Below are positions 1 through 12,118 of a stretch of 64,000 nt of DNA, one piece after another (positions within the stretch are counted from its first letter, which is position 1; each line of letters begins with the position of its first letter). The stretch covers positions 26,350,001 to 26,414,000 of the forward strand of contig OZ024749.1 in assembly GCA_964016885.1 (NCBI GenBank). Direction: 5' to 3'. Position numbers and translations under genes: made by a program. The notes under the pieces are model-generated. The model saw nothing but the letters and a program-made list of their open reading frames with translations. It ran no database searches and was not told where the DNA came from. Source of the stretch: Eledone cirrhosa (lineage: Eukaryota).

Positions 1-712
<712 letters not shown>

Positions 713-807
713 TTACGGGGTCGATAAAATAAAGTACCAGTAATGCACTGAGTAATTGCTGGCCTTGTGCCAAAAAGTAGAAACAATTATTATTATTATT
801 ATTATTA
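713..807 (+). mobile_element. 3' fragment of a tRNA-type SINE with (ATT)n tail
   Basis: ggggtcgataaaataaagtaccagtaatgcactg...ctggccttgtgccaaaa matches the 3' half of the full copy at 23829-24016. Confidence 0.8.
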
Positions 808-976
808 TTTTGTTATATTTATGCATAGTTTATTTTATATTTTTATATTTTTTATACCTTCATTGTTAAATTAGACTTGCCATTGTGCACTTTTACTCGA
901 GCTCATTCTAAACCCCCACCGTCTGTGTCTTTGTATTGTCCCTTACATGTCGGCCCTTGTGGCCAATAAATGAAGC

Positions 977-977
<1 letters not shown>
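808..977 (+). mobile_element. 3' UTR fragment of a Tx1-like LINE
   Basis: Ends ...cccttgtggccAATAAAtgaagcc then (ATT)n. The termini at 7417-7439 and 55476-55498 are similar. Confidence 0.6.
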
Positions 978-1053
<76 letters not shown>

Positions 1054-1054
<1 letters not shown>

Positions 1055-1354
1055 AGTTGCATTTATCTTACTTTATGTTCATACGAGTTATCACCAAGTC
1101 ACAACCAGTGACCTCAAGAGACAATAAGGTCCGCCATGTTCAAGAAAGGACATACATACTCACACATGCATCTTTAGTGTTTAGACTTGTGATGTACTTA
1201 TATTGACAGAATCTTCCTTAGTATATGGGCAGTTCCCATTAGTACTATCTTTTGTATTTCTCCTATACGCGGGATTCCTGGGATTTGCGATAAGTAATCA
1301 TTAGACCCCTTAGGTATCATTCCCAGAGCGCCCACAACCACTGATATTGTTTTA

Positions 1355-1357
<3 letters not shown>
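1054..1357 (-). mobile_element. 5'-truncated R4/Dong-like (RLE) non-LTR retrotransposon 3' end
   Basis: The minus strand reads TKTISVVVGALGMIPKG / NDYLSQIPGIPRIGEIQKIVLMGTAHILRKILSI* with a frameshift. It is followed by a 3' UTR and (TAA)n, and flanked by (ATT)n at 978-1053 and 1358-1402. Confidence 0.75.
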
Positions 1358-1402
<45 letters not shown>

Positions 1403-1619
1403 GAATGCTATGGTTGACGGAGGCTCGGCTCTGTAAGGTATTGTAAATTTTGAACGCTATAACAATTGTAAATTGTTTAAAACTTTAACGAACTTGTAGA
1501 CAAAAACACCCTCCTCCTTGTGAGAGGGGTCTTTCTGCCCGTTATTTGGCCCTTCGGGGTTAAATAACTGCTTATTGGGGTTTTGTGCCCAATATTTATT
1601 TTAAACAAAAAAAAACAAC

Positions 1620-3722
1620 ATGGCTACGAAAAAGAATTTTCATAGGTCACTCCCACTCATTCCGTCTTCGTCTTCCTCAATCATCACTACAGCAGAGAGA
1701 AGATTGTCTCTCTCCCTCCCTTCTTTAAATGTGTCTCTCTCCCTCCCTTCTCTTTCGCAAGCGACGACAGAAAAAAAGAAATGTCTCGTGCAAAGCGTGC
1801 AAGATTTCTCCACGACGACGACGACAACGACGAAACAGATGTGCGGGAAATACGAAAACCCATTTCATTCGTCTGACGTCAGGAATAATAGCAGTAGCAG
1901 CCGTAATAATAACAGCAACAGTGACAATGAAAACAACAGTAGCAGCCGCAACAGCATCACCAGCAGCATAAACAACAACAGCATTAGCAGCAGCAACACC
2001 AACAACAACCACAGCAACAGCGGCGGAGGCAGTAGTCGTAGTACCTGCAGCAACAACAAAAGTAACAGCAGCTCTGACGACAACAACAACAACAGCAGCA
2101 AAGAAAAACCAATCTCATTTGCAGGTATTGCGAAGAACCTGGAAACAATCCTCATAACAAATGAGGAATTAGAGAAAGCGAAGAAGATGGTGACAAAGAC
2201 TGGACACCGAGCAATCTGCAAGGCAGCGGAAAAATTTTTCGAAACCCAACAGCACTGTATGGTCACGTACCGTACAGTAAGTACAAAATCCCGTAGGGTT
2301 GAAAGAGCCACAGAGGCTCAAATACAAAAAGCCTTGGGGTCTGTGTGGCAGCGGAAAACGCACATCACCCGAGGCAAAAAATATGCCACCGTAGACGTAC
2401 TTTTTGCCACACCCCAGGAGGCAAAGGCTCAATCCGTAGTGACCCTAAGGAGCGAGGAAATGGTGTTGGTGCCCTCCTACTGCGGGCAAAAAATTGTGAG
2501 GGTCAAACTGACCCACGTACCCCCCGGGATGGCCCCTTCTTGGCTGGCCGCGTCTGTCCTAGTAGGAATCGAGGACAAAACAACTGTACTGCAAGTACAG
2601 AAAAAAGTAAGAGAAGATTGGGTCGGCACCTCCATTGAGATACTAATCCAAACCAACCAGGAGTGCATCGAAGCTATCCCGGATGTGATAGACTTCGATA
2701 ACGGCACTCAACTGCCCATAAGTGTTGAGGGAAAACGCCCGAAATGCTTTCGTTGTGGATCGAAGACTCACCTCAGGGCCTTCTGCAACGAGATGACCCT
2801 GAGAAAGGAGAAAACGCCCCTTCCGAAACCGGCTCCACTGCTACCAGCAACAGGACAAGCGGCAACCAGGAACGATAGGTCCGTGGCACCCATACCCACG
2901 CCACGGAAATCAAAAACAGCAGCAGCAGTGGAAATATTAACAACAACAACAGCAATACCAAATGCAGCTGCAACAGAGACTCCAGTGCAAACATCACCAA
3001 CAACAACAAGTGAAAGAGTGGAGCTGGTACCCCTCCCCGACCTCACAGAATCAGACATGGAGTGTGAGGTGGGAGAGAGATGGCAAAAGGTCGTAAGAAG
3101 GCACAAACGCAGAAGCAGCGCATCGTCGCCTTTAAAAAGGGAGGAAAGAAATAAGAAAAGGGTAAAGTCTACTGCAAAGAGACCCACAGCAGCAACACCA
3201 CCAACACCATCACCACCCACACTAGCACCACCATCACCACCGGCGACAACCCCACCGCCAACAACACCTTCAACACTACCACCACAAGCACCAACATCGC
3301 AAATACAACAACAAAACACACACACCCAGCAACAACGACAAGAAAATAGCAGAACCACCCCACACCCCCAGAAAAACAAATGCACGGCAATAAATACACA
3401 CAACAAGAAACTAATGACTTACATAATTGAACACACAGATATTTCACAACACGACTACATAATACCAACACCAATCAAAGCGCCAACTAACATAAGACTG
3501 CTAAAAATAGCACAGAAACAATACACAAACATTAAAACGAAATTCCCCAACGCAGTTGGTGATTTCAGGGACCTAGGAGGAACTATCAATCGAAGAGTAT
3601 ATTCAGACATTCTCTTAGAAGAGCCGACGACCAGCCGAAGGGACGATTCAACGGTCCCTTCACCAGACGATCAAGTGAAAAGGGATGTAAAAACCATCCC
3701 TCCTCTACCAAAAGTACGGTAA
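1620..3722 (+). CDS. LINE ORF1 (gag-like nucleic-acid-binding protein)
   Basis: 700 aa with a CCHC knuckle (CFRCGSKTHLRAFC), a basic WQKVVRRHKRR motif and N/S and P/T low-complexity tracts. It lies directly upstream of ORF2. Confidence 0.85.
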   Translation: MATKKNFHRSLPLIPSSSSSIITTAERRLSLSLPSLNVSLSLPSLSQATTEKKKCLVQSVQDFSTTTTTTTKQMCGKYENPFHSSDVRNNSSSSRNNNSNSDNENNSSSRNSITSSINNNSISSSNTNNNHSNSGGGSSRSTCSNNKSNSSSDDNNNNSSKEKPISFAGIAKNLETILITNEELEKAKKMVTKTGHRAICKAAEKFFETQQHCMVTYRTVSTKSRRVERATEAQIQKALGSVWQRKTHITRGKKYATVDVLFATPQEAKAQSVVTLRSEEMVLVPSYCGQKIVRVKLTHVPPGMAPSWLAASVLVGIEDKTTVLQVQKKVREDWVGTSIEILIQTNQECIEAIPDVIDFDNGTQLPISVEGKRPKCFRCGSKTHLRAFCNEMTLRKEKTPLPKPAPLLPATGQAATRNDRSVAPIPTPRKSKTAAAVEILTTTTAIPNAAATETPVQTSPTTTSERVELVPLPDLTESDMECEVGERWQKVVRRHKRRSSASSPLKREERNKKRVKSTAKRPTAATPPTPSPPTLAPPSPPATTPPPTTPSTLPPQAPTSQIQQQNTHTQQQRQENSRTTPHPQKNKCTAINTHNKKLMTYIIEHTDISQHDYIIPTPIKAPTNIRLLKIAQKQYTNIKTKFPNAVGDFRDLGGTINRRVYSDILLEEPTTSRRDDSTVPSPDDQVKRDVKTIPPLPKVR

Positions 3723-3757
3723 GTGGTCTTTCCCATCTTTTCCACTCTATTTTAAAC

Positions 3758-6700
3758 ATGACCTCACTCAGAATAGGCAGCATAAATGCGCGTGGCTTGG
3801 GGTCGTCATGGAAGCAGGGTCATCTGCTCAACGACCTCAGGTCACTAAACATAGATGTAGTGGCCATCAGCGAGACCAGAATCTCCGAAGCACGGGCCTT
3901 CGCACCGATCTTCGGCGGCTACGATGTGTACGCATCTCCCAGCCGTCCTGGATCGGGGGGAGGAGTTGCTGTGCTTTTTCGGAGAGGTTTGGATCTCACC
4001 ATACGGGCCATCTTCCTGGACCCAGAGGGTAAGCTGGTGGTGCTGGACGTGACCAGCGGAGACGGGCAAGCTTTCAGGCTAGTGGCCGTCTATGCCCCGA
4101 CAGGAGCAGAGCGGCCTGATTTCTTCCGGCGTCTGGAGACCTTTCTTGGAACGTCCCGCTCTTTAGCGTTAGTGGGCGACTGGAACGGGATCTTAGATGC
4201 ACGCTGGGACTGTGTGGGATTAGCGGATAGGGGTGGAGGGTGCAAGAGCCTCACCAACCTGCTCAGGCGTTTTGAACTGTCTGACAGGTACCGATTGGAT
4301 TTCCCGAATGTGCCAATGTGGACTTGGACAAACCGCATAGGGTCATCCAGATCATATCTAGATAGAGTATTTTGTAGGGAAATAGATAGGTCTAGCATAG
4401 GCTGTCCACAATTCAAGATAGTCAGCTACACGGACCACAAATTCGTGACCTGTGTGCTTGACTTAGATAGGCTTCATAGACGAGGACCCGGCTACTGGAA
4501 GCTAAACGCGTCCTTACCAGCGCGCAAGGCCTACAGAGACCGGATTAGCGAACTAGTTAAGCGGGCGTTGACGGGGGCCATCGTCAACAACAAGTGGTGG
4601 TTTGCTCTGAAAAGAGCGATTAGAATAGAATCGATTAGGTTTAGTAAGGCTTTAGCAATAGAGAAAAATAGAGCAGAGGGAGAACTAGTTAGAAAATTAG
4701 ACGAGGCGCTTAGCAAAGGCATTGCGACCGACGTGCTTGCGGCGAAATTGGCCCTTGACCAATTCTTCAATGCAAAGCACGAAGGCTGCGTTGTCAGAGC
4801 TAGGGTGCGTGCTCTCAGACACGAGGGGACGAAAGCCGTTCAATGGGCCCGAGTGGCGGAGGCGCGTCGTGGCAACAAAGCCACGATCCGGTCTTTGGTG
4901 GACCACGACGGGCGCATGCTACTCGATCCCGGGCAAATGTGTGAAGCTTTTCAGCGACACTTCGCTCAGCTGTTCGGGGGCAGCGGGGGGCCGGGTAGAG
5001 GGATGGACTTTAGTGTCTACCTCGACGGACGGCCGCGGCTCTCGGCCACTGAGGCGAAGTGTTGCGAAAAGCCGATAACAGCCGCTGAAGTACGGGAGGC
5101 AATGACTGGCTGCACAAGGGGTAAATCGCCTGGTTTGGATGGTCTGCCCTATGAACTTTACGTACAGATGCCAGACTTGTTCGGAGGCCTCTTGGCGGAC
5201 GTCTACTGCAACTGGCAACAGAACGGGAGAATTCCCAGTTCTGTGAGCCGAGGAGCGGTGGCACTGCTGAGAAAGGATCCGAACAAGGGGGATAACATAG
5301 AAAATTTCCGGCCCATAACTCTGCTAAACACAGAGTTTAAGATTTTGGCCAAGGTGCTAGCAAAGAGGTTGGCGCTTGTCGTTGGTGGTCTGGTGGGAGA
5401 GGCGCAGACATGCACCATTCCCGACAGATCCATCCACGACAACCTCCACCTCATGCGATACATCGTAGAGAGGGTAGCTAGGGAACCTGGCACGGGTGGG
5501 TCCTTGATCAATTTAGATCAGTCGAAAGCTTTCGATAGGGTCGACCATCGTTACCTAGCGGCAGTCCTGAGGGCGGCTGGCTTTGGGCCCGTCTTCAGAG
5601 GCTGGATCGCTGCCATGCACAGCGACATCTGCTCTGTGGTGAGAGTGAACGGTTACCTGTCGGAACCGTTCAACATCATGCGCTCGGTCCGCCAAGGATG
5701 TCCCCTCTCGTCCCTCTTGTACGTATTGACTCTCGAGCCATTACTGCACAAACTGGAGACGTTGAGGGGGGTCCCGCGCGAACTAGGATGCGGAAGATCC
5801 GTGTCAGCATATGCGGACGATGACACCGTAGTGGTGTCGAACGCCAAACACATCGAGGCGATCGGCACTACACTAAGAGAATACGAAGCGGTGACAGGAG
5901 CAATGATCAACCAGGAAAAGTCAGTGGGCCTGCAGCTCGGCACCTGGAGAGGCAGGTCCATACCGTCCAACAGCGTCGTCGGGCGCTGGACGGACGGACC
6001 GGTTAAATTGCTAGGGGTCTGGTTCGGTCCGGACCTCCAGACGGACAAAAACTGGGACGAGGTGACGAGCAGGGTGGCTTCTCTCACCCAGAAATGGGCG
6101 GAGAGGAAGCTATCCCTGAAAGGTCGAGCAGAGGTGGCTAACGCGTACATCGCGTCTGTCATCTGCTACCGCCTAACCGTCGTACCTTGTCCTAAGCCTC
6201 GCCTGACTGCGCTGGAGCGTTTGCTCTTTCGCTTTTTGTGGAAGGGACGTGCTCCGATGGTCAGGCGGTCCATCTGTTGTCAACACCCGCTACGTGGAGG
6301 GCTGGGCATGCCGTGGCTGATGATGCGCAGGCACGCGCTCAGGCTACGACATCTCCACCTCTTCCTCGACGGTGATCAGGTGTGGTCGCCGTTTGCTAGA
6401 CGCGTTTTTCCCCAGCTCGTTTCCTTGACGGAGCTGCAGTCCTGGGTCAAGCGAAGACCGAGAGGGAGCGCCTGGAGACTGGAATGTCTTCAGGCGCTCA
6501 CAGCCCTCGACCAATCGGGCAATGTGATCGGTGGAAACTCCACCTCGGCGTTCTATAGAGGATTAGTGGAGGGGAAGAGCGACGACGTACTTGGGGAAAC
6601 TCTAGGCGTCGACGAAAATCAACTAGCCAATCTCTTCGGAAGAACTTTCGGGCCGGGGCCTATGGACAACTTCCAGAAATCTCTGGCCTGGCAGTGCTAC

Positions 6701-7177
6701 CGAGGAGCCTTGCCAGTTCGGGATAAACTCTACAGGCATGGAGGTGCCGTCAGCCGGGCATGTCCGAGATGCGCGCAGGGCGACGAAACCGTCCTGCACG
6801 CACTCGTCCAGTGTCCGAAAATTGCTGACTTGTGGGTTTATGTCGAACACCTGCTGTCGCGTTTAGGACGGATCCAGCTATCATCTGAGTCTATCGTGAG
6901 GATTGCCCCGCCCTCCTCCTTTAGCCGGGAAGGGCAGGCAGTTTTTATCTGTCTGGTGGCCATGGCGAAAGAGATAGTATGGTGGACACGTTTGAAAGGG
7001 CTGAAGACGAGCACTTACCTCTTCGGTGATGCTCTGATTGACTTTTTCAAATTTCATTTGAAAAGGAAAATCAGAGTAGAGAAGGAAGTGCTCTCTTCCC
7101 AGCATTTTGTTGAAAGATGGGTGAGAGAAGCAAGAATGGCCCGAGTGAATGGGCCGACTCTGAGTATATATCTGTAA
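3758..7177 (+). CDS. LINE ORF2: APE endonuclease + reverse transcriptase + C-terminal zinc finger
   Basis: APE motifs: SINARGL, ISET, VYAP, GDWN, YLDR, TDH. RT motifs: KSPGLDGL, FRPITLLN, DQSKAFDRV, VRQGCPLS, YADD. Zinc finger: CPRC...ETVLHALVQC. Confidence 0.96.
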   Translation: MTSLRIGSINARGLGSSWKQGHLLNDLRSLNIDVVAISETRISEARAFAPIFGGYDVYASPSRPGSGGGVAVLFRRGLDLTIRAIFLDPEGKLVVLDVTSGDGQAFRLVAVYAPTGAERPDFFRRLETFLGTSRSLALVGDWNGILDARWDCVGLADRGGGCKSLTNLLRRFELSDRYRLDFPNVPMWTWTNRIGSSRSYLDRVFCREIDRSSIGCPQFKIVSYTDHKFVTCVLDLDRLHRRGPGYWKLNASLPARKAYRDRISELVKRALTGAIVNNKWWFALKRAIRIESIRFSKALAIEKNRAEGELVRKLDEALSKGIATDVLAAKLALDQFFNAKHEGCVVRARVRALRHEGTKAVQWARVAEARRGNKATIRSLVDHDGRMLLDPGQMCEAFQRHFAQLFGGSGGPGRGMDFSVYLDGRPRLSATEAKCCEKPITAAEVREAMTGCTRGKSPGLDGLPYELYVQMPDLFGGLLADVYCNWQQNGRIPSSVSRGAVALLRKDPNKGDNIENFRPITLLNTEFKILAKVLAKRLALVVGGLVGEAQTCTIPDRSIHDNLHLMRYIVERVAREPGTGGSLINLDQSKAFDRVDHRYLAAVLRAAGFGPVFRGWIAAMHSDICSVVRVNGYLSEPFNIMRSVRQGCPLSSLLYVLTLEPLLHKLETLRGVPRELGCGRSVSAYADDDTVVVSNAKHIEAIGTTLREYEAVTGAMINQEKSVGLQLGTWRGRSIPSNSVVGRWTDGPVKLLGVWFGPDLQTDKNWDEVTSRVASLTQKWAERKLSLKGRAEVANAYIASVICYRLTVVPCPKPRLTALERLLFRFLWKGRAPMVRRSICCQHPLRGGLGMPWLMMRRHALRLRHLHLFLDGDQVWSPFARRVFPQLVSLTELQSWVKRRPRGSAWRLECLQALTALDQSGNVIGGNSTSAFYRGLVEGKSDDVLGETLGVDENQLANLFGRTFGPGPMDNFQKSLAWQCYRGALPVRDKLYRHGGAVSRACPRCAQGDETVLHALVQCPKIADLWVYVEHLLSRLGRIQLSSESIVRIAPPSSFSREGQAVFICLVAMAKEIVWWTRLKGLKTSTYLFGDALIDFFKFHLKRKIRVEKEVLSSQHFVERWVREARMARVNGPTLSIYL

Positions 7178-7437
7178 ACTAAAGGTGGAAAACTGGGAGA
7201 GGGCACTTGCCTTGGTGGTCAGGGTCATTGTGGCTTTTTACTGGGCTTTCTCCACAAATGTCCCTCCGAAGTCTCCCCCCTATTGGGGAATTTTTCATTG
7301 TTATTTTCATTGTTATTTTTGTTACATCCTCTGTTTTTGTTTTTTTACACGCAGAAATGCCCATTTGTACCGTCCTGCATTGTCCTGCACTGTCCTTAAT
7401 GTCTACTTTATGTAAACCCTTGTGGTTAATAAAGAAA

Positions 7438-7439
<2 letters not shown>

Positions 7440-7489
<50 letters not shown>
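7440..7489. repeat. (ATT)n tail/target of the LINE
   Basis: Direct reading. Confidence 0.95.
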
Positions 7490-7491
<2 letters not shown>

Positions 7492-7975
7492 TTTGGCACA
7501 GACGGACGTCGCTCGTGACGGCTCAGAGGAATTTGAATTCTTACCAAGTTTTACTGGCTCAGTCTTTCATCGGTTTGTTTTTTGTCTGTTTTTCTATTTG
7601 CTTTTTCCTTTATTTTATTTATTGATTTTTTTTTTTTTTTTTACTAACAGCAGACTTTGGAACATCAGAGTGTCAAGTACTTTTACTTCACTATGGAAAA
7701 AAATAAACTAATTTCTACCTTTGGGCATTATTATATATTTCTGTAATCATTCGTTTTTGTTTTGTTTCGTTTTGTTTTGTTTTTTGTTTGTTTTGTTATG
7801 TTTGGGGATTTTTCATTTTCAATATGACATCTTACTCTCGAGTTTTTTATAAGTGGTAACAGTCGCAAATGTGGCAGCAATGGGCAGCACTGCCTACACC
7901 ACCACCACCACCACCACTACTGCCACCACTGCGACGACCCACAAGAAAAATATTCATAAAATCTATGACAAGTAA

Positions 7976-8265
7976 TTTCTTCTTCTTCTTCTTCTTCTTC
8001 TTCTTCTTCTTCTTCTTCTTCTTCTTCTTCTTCTTCTTCTTCTCCTCCTCCTTCTCCTCCTCCTCTTCCTCCTCCTCCTCACCCTCCTTCGTCTTCTACT
8101 TATTCTTGGTTTTCTTCTTCTTCTCCTTCTTCTCCTTCTTCTTCTTCTCCTTCTTCTTCTTCTTCATCACCATCATCTTCTACTTCTTCTTCTCCTCCTC
8201 CTCCTTCGTCTTCTACTTATTCTTGCTTTTCTTCTTCTTCTCCCCCTTCTCCTCCTTCTTCTTTA
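7976..8265. repeat. (TTC)n/(TCC)n polypyrimidine tract
   Basis: Direct reading. Confidence 0.9.
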
Positions 8266-8486
8266 TGACAACCAAGTATTAAAACCAAAATGAAAGGTTT
8301 TAAATGACTATCCTATGTCTATCTCGGAAAACAAAAGTATTTTTCAAGATTCCTTCAACGGAGCAGTTAAAGGAAACCATTCATGGCGTGTAGTACTATA
8401 GGACTTAGAACAGTGGTAGTACAGCATAATATAAGGTGATCGATTGGCATATATGAGTGTCTGTGTGTGTATATATACATATATTT

Positions 8487-8524
<38 letters not shown>

Positions 8525-8681
8525 TTGCATATGCGCATATATATATACATATATAGATAGAGAGATATACATAGGCATATATTTATAGAAATACACACAT
8601 ATATATATACATATATATATATATACTTATATACATATACATACATACATATATATATTAATATATATATATGCATGTATG

Positions 8682-8725
<44 letters not shown>

Positions 8726-9348
8726 CATATATATATATACATATATATATACACATATATATATATATATACAGGTACATATATACATGCATATATGTAT
8801 ATATGTATGTATGTATTCAACGAGCCATGATATATGATTATATACTGCGTTACATATAGAAAACCACGTTATACTGTACGAATTGCTTCGTTAAAATTGT
8901 GGAATTTGTGAAACAACATTTCAAGCAAATATTTCCTTTTCTTCAGCAATCACTTTTGCATGAGCAACAAATATGGCTGCCGTGTAACGTCTGGTCTTCT
9001 TCAATCCAATATACTGTCGTTTTTACTCGCATTACAACATAATGTTTCTCGGAAGAATGGCTCTATACTTTAGTTAAGTTAATAATTTTACTCATAGTCA
9101 CGTCACATTGTGTATAGTCATCTAACGAGGGTCACAAACTTTTTATTTTTATTTCTCTCTTTGTCTTTCTCTCTCTATCTTTCTCTCTTTCTTTATCTCT
9201 TTCTCTCTCTCTCTCCCTTTCTCTCTTTATCTTTATCTATCTATCTATATATATGTGTGTGTGTGTGTGTGTGTTTGTGTATGTACGGGTGTGTGTGTAA
9301 TAAATGTTAGTCCTTTAACTGTGAAGTTGTTATGTTTGTTACTTATAT

Positions 9349-9395
<47 letters not shown>

Positions 9396-9789
9396 TGTGT
9401 GTGCGTGTGTATGTGTATATGTGTGTGTGTCACGCTCTGTCTATGTCAGTTTCTCTATCTCTCTATCTCTCTAATCTCACTCACTGTCCATCACACTTTC
9501 TCTTGTCTGTCTGGGGCGACTGACCGTTAAAGAAAATAGACATTTATATCGTTCTGAATAGTTTTGTAGTTTGCTGCTGTTGTTGTTGTTCGTGTTATTG
9601 CAGTTGCTGTTGTTGATCTTGTTCTTATTGTTGTTGCTGCTGATTTTGTTGTTATTTGATATCGATTTAGTTTTTGTTGTTGTTGTTGCATCAAATTTGC
9701 AGTTCTTCCTCTTTTTTTTTATTTTTTTTTTGGGGGGGGGGGGGGGCTGTTTTGCATTTGTTTTGTTCTTACCGAGGTTCTTTGTCAAG

Positions 9790-10179
9790 GCAGAATTCTA
9801 GGAGAAGGAAAACTCTGATATAACACCTGCAACTCTGATGGTATCCAATGATGTTGACTTATTCTTCTTTTTGGTAAATATCATCTTGGTTAAGAGAGTG
9901 GGACTGGCTTTGTGCAGTGCCTTTGCTCACTATAAAAGCTTCACGGCGCAGGCATTGCTTTATATCTGGAGATCTCTCTGCACTTGTCGTCACATGGTAC
10001 CATGGGCCCACCACTATGTGTCAATAATTGTCACAAGTGTAGTGTTTGTACCAGAGTTTTCAAGTCGCTGGCTGGACTAAAAAGTCACACTCGTTCAGCG
10101 CATCGGTAGGGGTTCTCCTACATGGATATAAAGTAGTGGCCGTACTCGAAAACGAGTTGGCAGCCACCATGTATGTATG
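9790..10179 (+). mobile_element. Short RTE-like non-autonomous element (5'-like head joined to 3' end, (TATG)n tail)
   Basis: Head ctaggagaaggaaaactctg resembles RTE 5' UTRs. The 3' part encodes the C2H2-like CSVCTRVFKSLAGLKSHTRSAHR* and is followed by atgtatgtatg. Confidence 0.6.
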
Positions 10180-10446
10180 TTATCTCTTTCTCTTAATTTT
10201 GAGTATATTTTTTTGACCGGCCACCTTCCTGGTGGCAAGGTTGTAAAAGAAAAGAAATTGTCATCCCTTGAATCGCAAGAATGTTTTGCAAATTTTGAAG
10301 GTTCCAGCTATCTCAGCCATTTGTAGACTATGAATTAGGGAGCTGCGCTCTTTGTCCGCAAATCCAAGTTCAGTCATACTTTGGTCCAAGCGGGTTGGTA
10401 TATAGCCCGTAGCACCAATAATGATGGGTATGAAGCTAAAGGTGTA
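10180..10446 (-). mobile_element. Second, shorter 3' fragment of the R4-like element
   Basis: Near-identical to 10455-10726. Confidence 0.85.
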
Positions 10447-10454
10447 TATGTATG

Positions 10455-11798
10455 TTTTCTCTTTCTCTTAATTTCGAGTATATTTTTTTTTGACCGGCCA
10501 CCTTCCTGGTGGCAAGGTTGTAAAAGAAAAGAAATTGTCATCCCTTGAATCGCAAGAATGTTTTGCATATTTTGAAGGTGCCAGCTATCGCAGCCATTTG
10601 TAGACTATGAATTAGGGAGCTGCGCTTTTTGTCCGCAAATCCAAGTTCGGTCATGCTTTGGTCCAAGCGGGTTGGTATATAGCCCGTAGCACCAATAATG
10701 ATGGGTATGAAGCTAAAGGTGTATCTTGGATACTGGATTTGTAAGCTCCTCATCAATGGTCCGTAGATGTCCTCCTTCTCCTGTATTTTTCTGACAACGT
10801 TTACATCAAGTGGGCAGCTGATCTCCACAACAGAACACGTTTTCAATGTGTGGTCCCAAACTACAATATCAGGCCGGTTGTGCTTTAATTTGGTGGCAGT
10901 TTTTATTTTCAGGTTCCACCAGTATTCCTTAGTGCCATCTGTCTCAATATATTCTTCCTCGTTTGTTGTTAATTTTGTTTTCCGAAGTGCGTTCCAGATA
11001 GTTCTAGCTATCCCATCGTGTCTCATGGGGAGGTAGTAGCGAGATGACATTCTTTCGCAGCTGGCAACAATGTGGCTTACATCCTCGATCTTTGTTTTAC
11101 ATAGCCTACATTTATTGTCAGCTGCTGGCCCACCTCTTTTGTGCAGCAGATATTTGGTAGGGAGTTCTTGTTCCTGTATTGCATAGAGATATCCCTCAAG
11201 GTGTGATGTCATAAACTTGTCGGAACTCCATGCCAGGCTTTTTGAGTGGTTTATCCCCTCTATGGTCTGTGTTTTACGCCTCAAGTATCCATGCACAACT
11301 TTCTCTGTAAATTGGTCAATTTTTTTTTCTTGTTTGAACATTGAATAGGATCTTCCGATTTCTCTGGGTGAGAGATTTATATCAGGCTTTATTCCATATC
11401 TCTCCTCCAGATCAGTCGCTATTCTAATGATATTTCTTTTTTCATGCTCATAAACCTGAGCAAGATGGTCGCCAACCTTTTTCCTCTGTTGAAGGTGTTG
11501 CTTCAGTGTTACTATCCGGGTCTCATATGTTGTTAATATTGATTTTAGACCCCGGCCACCTTCCTTGCGTGAGAAGTATAGCCTATCCACATCACCATTG
11601 ATGTTAAAGTTCCCAGTAACACTGAGAAGTTTTCGAGTTCTAACATCCATCTCACTTAGTTCTTGCAATGACCAGTTCAGTAGGCCAAATGTTGGCGTTA
11701 GAATTGGCACAGCATAGGTATTGTGGGCAATGTATTTGTTGTATGCTGACAGTTCTGATGACCATATTTTTTTTTTTTTACTCTTCTGAGGTATTCAG
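10455..11798 (-). mobile_element. 5'-truncated R4/Dong-clade (RLE) non-LTR retrotransposon
   Basis: Homology extends upstream of the called ORF (EYLRRVKK/WSSELSAYNKYIAHNTYAVP) across a poly-A frameshift. Flanked by (TATG)n on both sides. Confidence 0.85.
10538..11710 (-). pseudogene. Partial ORF: RT thumb, CCHC finger and restriction-like endonuclease
   Basis: LYFSRKEGGRGL, AIQEQ, CRLC...SHIVASC, RHD, NRPDIVVWD...EISCP, KEDIY. The RT catalytic core is absent. Confidence 0.88.
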
Positions 11799-11869
11799 AT
11801 GTATGTATGTATGTATGTATGTATGTATGTATGTATGTATGTATGTATGTATGTATGTATGTATGTATG
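11799..11869. repeat. (TATG)n microsatellite
   Basis: Direct reading. Confidence 0.95.
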
Positions 11870-12118
11870 CCCAGGTATTGCTTTATATCTGGAGATCTCT
11901 CTACACTTGTCGTCACATGGTACCATGGGTCCAACACTATGTGTCAATAATTGTTACAAGTGTAGTGTTTGTACCAGAGTTTTCAAGTCGTTGGCTGGAT
12001 TAAAACGTCACACTCGTTCAGCGCATCGGTAGGGGTTCTCCTACATGGATATAAAGTAGTGGCCGTACTCGAAAACGAGTTGGAAGCCACTATGTATGTA
12101 TATATGTATGTATGTATG
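11870..12118 (+). mobile_element. RTE-like 3' end, second copy
   Basis: Highly similar to 9948-10179. Encodes CSVCTRVFKSLAGLKRHTRSAHR* and has a (TATG)n tail. Confidence 0.7.

Larger units (their letters stand above)
1403..7439 (+). mobile_element. Apparently full-length Tx1/L1-clade non-LTR retrotransposon
   Basis: 5' UTR, ORF1, ORF2 and a 3' UTR with AATAAA at 7428-7433. Bounded by (ATT)n on both sides. Confidence 0.93.

Noticed and set aside
11941-12032. Host C2H2 zinc-finger gene
   Set aside because: A single duplicated motif followed by a stop and a (TATG)n tail fits a LINE C-terminus better.
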